Origin: Myxococcota bacterium
GTDB taxonomy: Bacteria; Myxococcota; SpSt-1050
DNA: 21,035 nucleotides
Direction of reading: 5' to 3'
Assembly: GCA_049969675.1 (NCBI GenBank)
Contig: JBMFOP010000056.1
Coordinates: 1 to 21,035 of the forward strand
Shown: one piece after another, positions 8,182 through 16,185 of the stretch
Position numbering within the stretch: the first letter of the stretch is position 1
Layout of the letters: each line of letters starts with the position of its first letter
Program-made: the position numbers and the translations under genes
Notes under the pieces: model-generated
The model's database searches: none
Told to the model about the DNA's origin: nothing
The model's input: the letters and a program-made list of their open reading frames with translations, nothing else

Positions 8182-9473
8182 TGTTCTCCTTTCTCTTAAC
8201 CCTTTTTGACAGACTGAAAGAGAATAATATAAATTTAACAATAAATGAGAAGATTGACATCCTTAAATCTATCTTAAAGATTGACATTACAGACAAAAAC
8301 TCCTTCTTTTATGCCATTGCCTCAAATGCAGCGCATTCAGTTATTGAGAGAGAAAAGGTACTGCATATTTTAGAAAACCTTAATCCCGTGAATGCTCAAA
8401 TTGATACTGACATTCGGGGTCTATCAGATAGATTTACAAGAGACATTTATGCAAAAAAGGAGTTCTTAAATGCGGTTCTTCATAACAGAGATATCCTTGA
8501 ACTCTTCATAAACAATCAGAATATTAAGACCGCCATTGAAGATAATGAGGTTCTGAGCAGATTATATGAGGCTCTCATCTATGAAGAGAAGGAGAGTGAG
8601 TTTATTGAATTTATTAATAAACTTTCCTATGATAATAAGGAATTGAAGGAATTAATTGATAAATTAGCACCAAAACCCTTAATGAGTAAGAAACAGGCAG
8701 GGATAAAAGAGACAACTATTACAAGGAAAAAGATAGATATAAGTGATATCCCTTTTGATAAGATTGATAATGACGATATAAAACAGCTCAGGCAATCAAT
8801 ACAGATCACCGCCAGAAGGCTAATAAGAAAGATATTCAAGACCTATGAGTCTGGTCGTTCTCACATATTAAATGTCCATAAAACACTAAGAAAGAACGCC
8901 GCATATGAAAATATACCTTTCAGGACAGAATTTAAGAAGAGGAGGATGAAGAGAAGAGATATTGTAATACTATGTGATATGTCGCAATCCGTAAGAAATT
9001 TTACATTCATTATGCTGGCATTTATGAATGAACTCACCCTGATATTCAAAAGAGTCAGGAGCTTCGCCTTTGTAAGTGATGTCTCAGAGATTACTCAACT
9101 TGTGCAGAACAGAGATTTTAACAGTGTAGTCAATTCGCTCTTATCAGGTGGAATCAATAATCTGTTTGGTAATTCAAATTATGGACTTTCATTTTATAAA
9201 TTTTACACACAATATAGCAACATTCTCAATAAAAATACAATTGTAATTATATTCGGCGATGGAAGGAATAATTACAACGACCCAAATCTCTATGACCTGA
9301 AGAATATAAGAAAAAAAGTAAATAAACTCTATTGGTTTGTGCCAGAGGGGAGAGATCTCTGGGGGAAGGGAGATTCTCAACTCCCTCTGTATCTAACAGG
9401 TTCAGATAGAGCATTCACAATAACCACATTATCACAGCTGAGTTCAGCCATCTTAAAAATATCACAGTATTGA
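8181..9473 (+). CDS. VWA domain protein, CoxE-like
   Basis: MIDAS motif LCDMSQS, LNVHKTLRKN, VRSFAF, SNYG, IFGDGRNN, WFVPE; TAATG stop/start overlap with the PilZ gene. Confidence 0.88.
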   Translation: MFSFLLTLFDRLKENNINLTINEKIDILKSILKIDITDKNSFFYAIASNAAHSVIEREKVLHILENLNPVNAQIDTDIRGLSDRFTRDIYAKKEFLNAVLHNRDILELFINNQNIKTAIEDNEVLSRLYEALIYEEKESEFIEFINKLSYDNKELKELIDKLAPKPLMSKKQAGIKETTITRKKIDISDIPFDKIDNDDIKQLRQSIQITARRLIRKIFKTYESGRSHILNVHKTLRKNAAYENIPFRTEFKKRRMKRRDIVILCDMSQSVRNFTFIMLAFMNELTLIFKRVRSFAFVSDVSEITQLVQNRDFNSVVNSLLSGGINNLFGNSNYGLSFYKFYTQYSNILNKNTIVIIFGDGRNNYNDPNLYDLKNIRKKVNKLYWFVPEGRDLWGKGDSQLPLYLTGSDRAFTITTLSQLSSAILKISQY

Positions 9474-9520
9474 ACTACCAGACCAGTCATTCTATCCAAT
9501 ATCAAAATTTCAGATGAACA

Positions 9521-12118
9521 TTACTTATTTATAGGGATGAGATTCAACCCACCCGGATAGGCATAGGATGTATATCTTGCATATCCATAAACCATTATTC
9601 CAACAGGGGCTGATGAACTTATGTTATGCTGTCCTGGATTAAGCTTTACCCTTGCAATAGAATATTTCCCGCTTCCAATAGAGGTGAATCCACTTACCGC
9701 TGCTCCATCAAGCATAACCTGTTGTCCGGTCGGCGCTGTAATATTGACATAAGATTCAGTATACGTCGCTGGTGTTAAGAAGTTGTAGTAATTTCTGTAC
9801 TGCTCAACAGGGATCCCGAGAGAGAATGCCGGGTCTCCCATATCAGAGGTGTGTGAATTATACCCATTATAATCTTCCCCAACTAAATATTGTGCAATAG
9901 AGAAGGCAGATGTTCCCTTCACCTCAAAATCAGCCGTTGTATAAAACTCAAACCACTGACCTTTATTCAAAATCTTTGTTGGTTGAACAGATGACGGATT
10001 AAAAGTTATTGTATTATTATCAAATGCAGAAAGAATTCTATATAAATTTGGCTCTGCAGGGCTCTGTTTAGATATAGTATGTGTCATTATATAATTCATA
10101 CCCCAGGTCTCAACAGGGAAGAGATTCTCTTCAAGATGGTCGCACGCCCATCTATTAAATGGAATAAATGCACAGTTATGAATTCCAAAGACTGATATTG
10201 GTTTATCACTCTGAATATATGTCCCAGTTGCATCATAGTCCTGTCCTAAATCACAATACTTATATCTACTCCCATCACTATTCCAGTTTGAACAGGTAGA
10301 AGGCATTGCAGCGGCAATCTGAAGAACCTCTCCTCTATTTATTGTAAAGTTACCTGTTTGTCCCTTTGAGAACGCCTGAACACCACTTCCAGCTAATGTA
10401 TTAAATGAAAAATTTATGCTCACACTTGTCCCGTCCTTCGTACCAACTATTGCAAAGCCTGATGGAGAACCAATCACAGAATCCCCGCTATTTACAGATA
10501 GATTCTTATATGAAAAAATATAATACTTATACCCAAGCACGCTGGTCGGTAAGAGTATTGAAGCGTCATTTGTATATGTGTAGTTAGAGCCAGACTGATA
10601 CTCTAAAGGATTAAACTGATATACCGTCACAGGGATATTGCTTATAAGATTATATGCCCCACCTGAAAGCTTGATTGAACTTTCACTCATAAAATTCATC
10701 TTTAGCTGGTCAATCCATGGCAGTGTAACTACCTTTACTTCATTTGGATTGACCTGAGTAGATGCAACCTGATTGCCACCTCTTGTAATTACTACATTTG
10801 CTACATAACTTTGGGTATTTGAAATCGCAACTGCAAAGCTAAAGCCAGTATCCAGTTGAGAATTCATGGTAACAGTAGGCCAGTATTCACATCCTATATA
10901 CGATTTCTCTGCCTCTGCCTTGTCACACAGAGTCATACACCTGCCATTTTCGCAATGATTGCCTATATTGTTTGGGTCTGTGCATTCCTCTACTTCAATA
11001 AATCCAGTCCCTGTATCATTGCATTTCATCACTCTATTCCCTTCGCACTTCTTATATCCACTTGAACAGACCTTGGCTACACAACTATTCCCTACACATA
11101 CCATTCCAGCCCCACATCCCTTCAATCCCCACTCTGTACCATATTCATTACATACCTTCAATGTGTTTACATTGTTGGGGTCACACTCCGTATATCCGGG
11201 CTGACATATCCTCGGTACACATTGATTGTTTATACATACTGCATTCTTACTCTCACACTCCTCCTTTATATCATAATTAGCCCCCTTTACATTACATACC
11301 TCCACCGCCTTCCTATCATAAGAACATCTCTCAGAATTCGGTATACACTGTTGCTTCAAGCAGGAATATATCTTATCACCATTCCCATCCACACCTGCCT
11401 CATCACATATATAACCAGCCCCACATCCCCTGCTCTCCCACTCAGTCCCTGCATTGTTGCATATCTTTAAAAACATCCCGTCAGCGCTACACTCTGTTGC
11501 CTGCGGTTTGCATATTATCTCCCTGCAACTACTTATGTCACATATCTGATTCTTTGGACAATCTGTCGTTGTAAAACCGGTGCCCTTTTCATTGCAGGTC
11601 TGCAACCTCCCATCCCCACTGCACCTCGTCTCCCCCTTCACACATATCACATTTATACATACATTGTTCAAACAATATGTGTTCTGCGGACAATTAAATG
11701 TCTCAAACTTCTTTGTGTTAGCATTGCATATCATCAACTTCCCGTCCGATGTGCACTGCCTCTCCCCGGGTATGCAATTTGCACTCGTGCACTTCCCGTT
11801 CTCACAGTATTCCCCACTCGGGCACGCAGTTATCTCCCACTCCGTCCCATCTTCATTGCAGACTGAGAGATACTGATTATAACATCCGCTTTCACCCGGA
11901 TTACACACTTTGCGTGAACCTCCATCCTTTGATGACTTCCTTACACATCTATTCATAGTCGTATCACAATATTCATCGGTGCCACATTCGGAATTGGAGG
12001 AACATCTCGTCACACCACCGCCATCCTCTCCGTCAGCCCCACCTCCGGCCGTATCAGAGCAGGATGGCATAATGAGTATCCCAGCCAGAATCAAATAAAC
12101 TAAAAGATATCTTTTCAT
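9521..12118 (-). CDS. Large lipoprotein with Cys-rich tandem repeats and a C-terminal IgGFc-binding-protein-like domain
   Basis: MPSC lipobox, Gly/Asp linker, 7 six-Cys repeats, then SYIGCEYW, NDASILLP, CDHLEE, GDPA, SYAYPGG; ATG 12118 follows GGAGG. Confidence 0.85.
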   Translation of the reverse strand: MKRYLLVYLILAGILIMPSCSDTAGGGADGEDGGGVTRCSSNSECGTDEYCDTTMNRCVRKSSKDGGSRKVCNPGESGCYNQYLSVCNEDGTEWEITACPSGEYCENGKCTSANCIPGERQCTSDGKLMICNANTKKFETFNCPQNTYCLNNVCINVICVKGETRCSGDGRLQTCNEKGTGFTTTDCPKNQICDISSCREIICKPQATECSADGMFLKICNNAGTEWESRGCGAGYICDEAGVDGNGDKIYSCLKQQCIPNSERCSYDRKAVEVCNVKGANYDIKEECESKNAVCINNQCVPRICQPGYTECDPNNVNTLKVCNEYGTEWGLKGCGAGMVCVGNSCVAKVCSSGYKKCEGNRVMKCNDTGTGFIEVEECTDPNNIGNHCENGRCMTLCDKAEAEKSYIGCEYWPTVTMNSQLDTGFSFAVAISNTQSYVANVVITRGGNQVASTQVNPNEVKVVTLPWIDQLKMNFMSESSIKLSGGAYNLISNIPVTVYQFNPLEYQSGSNYTYTNDASILLPTSVLGYKYYIFSYKNLSVNSGDSVIGSPSGFAIVGTKDGTSVSINFSFNTLAGSGVQAFSKGQTGNFTINRGEVLQIAAAMPSTCSNWNSDGSRYKYCDLGQDYDATGTYIQSDKPISVFGIHNCAFIPFNRWACDHLEENLFPVETWGMNYIMTHTISKQSPAEPNLYRILSAFDNNTITFNPSSVQPTKILNKGQWFEFYTTADFEVKGTSAFSIAQYLVGEDYNGYNSHTSDMGDPAFSLGIPVEQYRNYYNFLTPATYTESYVNITAPTGQQVMLDGAAVSGFTSIGSGKYSIARVKLNPGQHNISSSAPVGIMVYGYARYTSYAYPGGLNLIPINK
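10931..11908 (-). repeat. Seven tandem six-cysteine protein repeats (about 43-55 aa each)
   Basis: Pattern C.PG...C....L..CN..GT.W....C..G..C....C counted seven times in the translation. Confidence 0.9.
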
Positions 12119-12216
12119 ATCCAACCTCCGAATGATTTTTAGTATATCATATTCTTTCACTGAATAAAATTAAATTATAAGACTTGTTATATTTCTCTTT
12201 TTGTATTTATACTACA

Positions 12217-12315
12217 ACATCGGTCCTAAATAAATTTTAATGGAAGGTTTTACCCGTCCAGAATCCCTATTTTAAAAAAGTAATTCATTAATGCAGATTA
12301 TTTTGGACAGATGTG
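12217..12315. repeat. Imperfect inverted repeat pair (motif copies 2 and 3), 17 bp arms separated by 64 bp
   Basis: ACATCGGTCCTAAATAA (12217..12233) versus TTATTTTGGACAGATGT (12298..12314), complementary at 15/17. Confidence 0.8.
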
Positions 12316-12323
12316 TAATAAAA

Positions 12324-13265
12324 TCAAAATTCAAATTTCTCTCCGGGGTAGATTGGGTTGCCAGTTAGAAACTCCTTTACATTTAATGGATTTCTACCCT
12401 CTCTCTGAACCCTCTTTATAATCAGCACCCCATTTGATGTAGCAACATAAATCCCTCTCTCAGAAGCCTCTATTATGGTGCCGGGCTCTGATGGATTATG
12501 ATTTTCATAGATATCAGCAGATAAGACCTTTATAAGAATCCCTTTATAATATGTATATGTAGATGGCCAGGGGTTTAGTCCCCTTATTCTATTTAAGAGC
12601 TCCTTTGCCGAAAGAGAAAAATTGAGCCTCCCATCTTCCTTCTTTAGCATTGGTGCATATGTCGCCAGAGATTCATCCTGTGGCTCATACTTAAGTCTAT
12701 CTGACATAAATCTCTCTATAAACTCTGGAAGCATCTCGCAGGCGAGCCCTGCAAGTTTATTATGTAATGTCCCGGCATTATCCCCCATCTCAATAGGAAT
12801 CTCACGTCTCAGCACAATATCCCCAGAATCAAGTTTATAGGCTACCTTTTGAAATGTTATTCCGGTCTTTTCCTCACCATTGATGAGTGCCCAATTTATT
12901 GGGGCTGGACCTCTGTACTTTGGCAATAATGAGGCGTGAATGTTGAATATAGTGTCCTTCTTTATGTTGAGAAATCTCTCTGAAAGAATCTTCCCGTATG
13001 CAGCAATTAGGATGAGGTCAAACTCCATATTTTTTAAGAATTCTATGGATTCATCAGAATTAATATTTTCCGGAGAGAATACCTCAATCCCATTTTCAAT
13101 GGCAAGACTCTTTGCCGCAGAGACCTTAATCTTCTTCCCTCTACCGGCTGGCTTATCAGGCTGAGTTATTACCAGAATCGGTTTTGAAATATTAATAAGC
13201 CCTTTTAATATTATCGCCGCAAAGTCTGGTGTCCCCATAAATACTATTTTACATCCTGAGCTCAT
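12324..13265 (-). CDS. fmt: Methionyl-tRNA formyltransferase
   Basis: VFMGTPDFA, TQPDKPAGRG, NIHASLLPKYRGPAPI, LDSGD, RGLNPWP; directly after def. Confidence 0.98.
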   Translation of the reverse strand: MSSGCKIVFMGTPDFAAIILKGLINISKPILVITQPDKPAGRGKKIKVSAAKSLAIENGIEVFSPENINSDESIEFLKNMEFDLILIAAYGKILSERFLNIKKDTIFNIHASLLPKYRGPAPINWALINGEEKTGITFQKVAYKLDSGDIVLRREIPIEMGDNAGTLHNKLAGLACEMLPEFIERFMSDRLKYEPQDESLATYAPMLKKEDGRLNFSLSAKELLNRIRGLNPWPSTYTYYKGILIKVLSADIYENHNPSEPGTIIEASERGIYVATSNGVLIIKRVQREGRNPLNVKEFLTGNPIYPGEKFEF

Positions 13266-13773
13266 TTTTTCTCTTCTTAGCCTCCTTCTTGAGTTTTCTG
13301 TAATATAATGCCTTCTTGAGTGGTGAAAGCCTATCTAAAAATACAACCCCATCCAGATGGTCAATCTCGTGTTGCACTACCCTCGCAAGGAGCCCCTCAT
13401 CCTCTACAACCTGCTCAACCCCATTTACATCCTGATACTTAAACTTCACCTTCTTGTATCTCTTCACCTCATCTCTAATCTCTGGGACAGAGAGACAACC
13501 CTCCTCCATAACATACTCCCCTTCTCCCTCAATTATCTCTGGATTTATAAGTTTGAGGAGTTCTGCCCTTCGCTCCTCAGTTGAGATATCTATTACGACA
13601 AGCCGCATATCTATTCCTACCTGACTCGCTGCAAGTCCTATCCCATTGTTGTAATACATAGTCTCAGCCATATCATCCAGAATCTTCAATATCTCGGGGG
13701 TAATCTCCTGAACTTTCCTTACCTTCTTCTTCAAGAACGGGTCTGGAACTTTCAAAATCGTTAAAACTGACAT
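13249..13773 (-). CDS. def: Peptide deformylase
   Basis: GIGLAASQ, EGCLS, QHEIDH; ATG 13773 follows AAGGAGGT, which overlaps the priA stop. Confidence 0.98.
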   Translation of the reverse strand: MSVLTILKVPDPFLKKKVRKVQEITPEILKILDDMAETMYYNNGIGLAASQVGIDMRLVVIDISTEERRAELLKLINPEIIEGEGEYVMEEGCLSVPEIRDEVKRYKKVKFKYQDVNGVEQVVEDEGLLARVVQHEIDHLDGVVFLDRLSPLKKALYYRKLKKEAKKRKNELRM

Positions 13774-13783
13774 CACAACCTCC

Positions 13784-16159
13784 TTATAGCATATTAAATG
13801 GATCAACATCAATATTGACCCTTACATTAGGATGCCGTCTATATACATCTGGAATCACCTTTTTTAAAATTTTTTTTACATTATTTACTTCTGAGGTCTT
13901 TATCAAAAGTTGGTGTCTGAACTCTCTCTTTATCCTGGCGATTGGGGAGCTGACGGGGCCCAATATCTCAGACCTGTTGAGCCCAACTAATGCATCTTTT
14001 AATCTATTAAGTAGTTCCACCCCTCTATTTTCATCAAACGACCTCGTTCTGATAAGAATAATCTTTGAAAAAGGTGGATAAAAAAGATTCTTCCTCCTGC
14101 TCAGTTCAATATTGATATACTCATCTATATTTCCACTCTTTACTGCAAGAATCCCCGGATCAAATGGATTGAATGTCTGAATTATTACCCTTCCCTTCTC
14201 CTCTCCTCTCCCTGCCCTGCCCGAGACCTGCATAAGCAGTTGCACAAGCCTCTCCTGAACTCTGAAATCAGGGATTGAAAAGGCTGTATCTGCCAGAATC
14301 ACACCCACAAGTGTTACATCCGGGAAGTGGTGACCTTTTGCCACCATCTGCGTCCCTATAAGAATATTTGCATCCCCCTTTGAAAAACCTGAAATCCTGC
14401 TCTCAAGGTCATATAGATTTGAGACGGAATCTCTGTCGAGCCTTATTGTCTTAGCCTCTGGAATTATCCTCCTGATTACCTCCTCCACCTGCTCTGTCCC
14501 AAAGCCAAGGTTTCTGATAGAAAGTGAGCCACACTTTGGACAGATATCTGAATATCCCACCTGATAGTTGCAATAGTGACAGAGTAGAATATTTGAGGAT
14601 TTATGATATACCAGATTTATATCACAGTCCGGACACTTAAAGATATATCCGCACTTCGTGCAGACAAGTATTGTATTAAATCCACGCCTATTCAACATCA
14701 GGATTGCCTTATTTCTATTCTTAATCGTATCCAGAATCGCCCTGTAAAGGGTCTCACTTATGAAGAATGGAATATCCTCCACATCCTCACCTGATTTTTC
14801 CCTATCTGCAAGGCTGACAATCTCAATATCGGGGAGGGGTTTTTTATTTGCCCTCTGAGTCAGCCTTGAGGATTCAAATTTTCCAGAAATAATATTATAC
14901 ATACTGTGTACGGACGGTGTGGCACTCCCCAATATCACAATGCAATTCTCAATCTGTGCCCTCTTGATTGCGATATCTCTACCATTATAACGAGGAGATT
15001 CCTCCTGTTTATATGCTGTATCGTGCTCTTCATCTACCACAACAAGCCCGAGATTCTTTAGCGGTGCAAAGACAGCAGACCTTGCCCCAACCACCACATT
15101 CACCTTGCCACCTCTGATTCTCATATATTCTAAAATTCTATCCCTCTCACTCAGTCCAGAGTGCAATACCGCCACATCACACCTCAATGTGTTTCTAATG
15201 CGAAATATTGATTGAGGAGTTAGAGCAATCTCTGGCACAAGAAATAAAACGGATTTTTTCTCCCGAATGAGTTCATCTGCCATCCTTAAATATATCTCTG
15301 TCTTCCCACTCCCTGTCACCCCATATATATAGTGAACACCAAAGCCTTTTTCCTTGAGAACCCTTATCTTTGAGAGTGTAATCACCTGCTCCTCTGTGAG
15401 ATTATGGATAGGTTCCTCATCTATGCTGTAAGACTCAAAGAGATCCTGAAATAGAATCTTTAAGATGTCTACCTTTAGCAGATACTTAAATACTCTTTTA
15501 TCCCTCAAAATAGTCAATGCCTCAAATATTGGTATCCTCTTTCTCTCTTTCAGTTCAGCAATGAGTAACTCAATATTTGGATATTTTTCTATTACCTTCT
15601 GCAACTCCAGTGATATCTCTTCATTCTTTCCCCTATCTCCCAATACAACAAAATTTTCATTTGAAACTGAATCATCCGGGCATTCAAGTCTTACTCTACC
15701 ACTCTGAATAAATTCATATATATCAAGCATCGTTATACCATAGCGACTCTTACGGGAGAATATTGTAGATAGACCAATAATCTTCTTCTTAAAGATATTA
15801 TTCTCATCCTCAAAGACCAATCTATAATTTGAAAGTCTGAACAGCCCTGACGGGATTGCAGAGAAGAATAGTGAACCATTTGGCTCCAGGTAATATTCTG
15901 CCGCCCAGATTAAAAGATTAAAAAGTCTCCCATCAAAGATGGGATTTATCGGGAAGATATCAATTATCTCCTTTATTTTATTCTCTGGAAGATTGAACTC
16001 ATTATGTTCATAGATTTTTTGAACAAAACCTATCTGCAAACTCTTTTTAAGAGGCACATATACAGCAAAACCCTCTCTAATAATCGGAATGAGTTTATCA
16101 GGTATTCTATAATAGAATGATTCAAAGAGTGAATTTTTTAATATAATACTGGCATACAT
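13784..16159 (-). CDS. priA: Primosomal protein N' (replication restart helicase)
   Basis: GVTGSGKT, LVPEIALT, DEEH, SATPS, four CxxC motifs, QVSGRAGR, C-terminal DVDP. Confidence 0.98.
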   Translation of the reverse strand: MYASIILKNSLFESFYYRIPDKLIPIIREGFAVYVPLKKSLQIGFVQKIYEHNEFNLPENKIKEIIDIFPINPIFDGRLFNLLIWAAEYYLEPNGSLFFSAIPSGLFRLSNYRLVFEDENNIFKKKIIGLSTIFSRKSRYGITMLDIYEFIQSGRVRLECPDDSVSNENFVVLGDRGKNEEISLELQKVIEKYPNIELLIAELKERKRIPIFEALTILRDKRVFKYLLKVDILKILFQDLFESYSIDEEPIHNLTEEQVITLSKIRVLKEKGFGVHYIYGVTGSGKTEIYLRMADELIREKKSVLFLVPEIALTPQSIFRIRNTLRCDVAVLHSGLSERDRILEYMRIRGGKVNVVVGARSAVFAPLKNLGLVVVDEEHDTAYKQEESPRYNGRDIAIKRAQIENCIVILGSATPSVHSMYNIISGKFESSRLTQRANKKPLPDIEIVSLADREKSGEDVEDIPFFISETLYRAILDTIKNRNKAILMLNRRGFNTILVCTKCGYIFKCPDCDINLVYHKSSNILLCHYCNYQVGYSDICPKCGSLSIRNLGFGTEQVEEVIRRIIPEAKTIRLDRDSVSNLYDLESRISGFSKGDANILIGTQMVAKGHHFPDVTLVGVILADTAFSIPDFRVQERLVQLLMQVSGRAGRGEEKGRVIIQTFNPFDPGILAVKSGNIDEYINIELSRRKNLFYPPFSKIILIRTRSFDENRGVELLNRLKDALVGLNRSEILGPVSSPIARIKREFRHQLLIKTSEVNNVKKILKKVIPDVYRRHPNVRVNIDVDPFNML

Positions 16160-16185
16160 TTAAAAAATGAGTTGCTTCAAGCTAT

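Noticed and set aside
9488..9516. Weak resemblance to the shared motif (CTATCCAATATCA, CAGATG) in the convergent gap
   Set aside because: About 10/13 match in AT-rich sequence; too degenerate to count
180..12315. Motif copies as CRISPR repeats or as att sites/ends of a 12-kb island
   Set aside because: No regular repeat-spacer array, and no cas, integrase or transposase gene; the intervening genes look native in composition
13774..13812. Extended ORF starts implying long overlaps (def at 13812; also 20103, 12160, 7759)
   Set aside because: Downstream ATGs have well-spaced RBS-like sequences and give more plausible N-termini
14535..14545. TTTGGACAGAT partial motif match inside priA
   Set aside because: Explained by the codons for ICPK in the zinc-binding motif
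12324..16159. priA-def-fmt cluster as a novelty
   Set aside because: Well-known conserved housekeeping gene order with intact catalytic motifs
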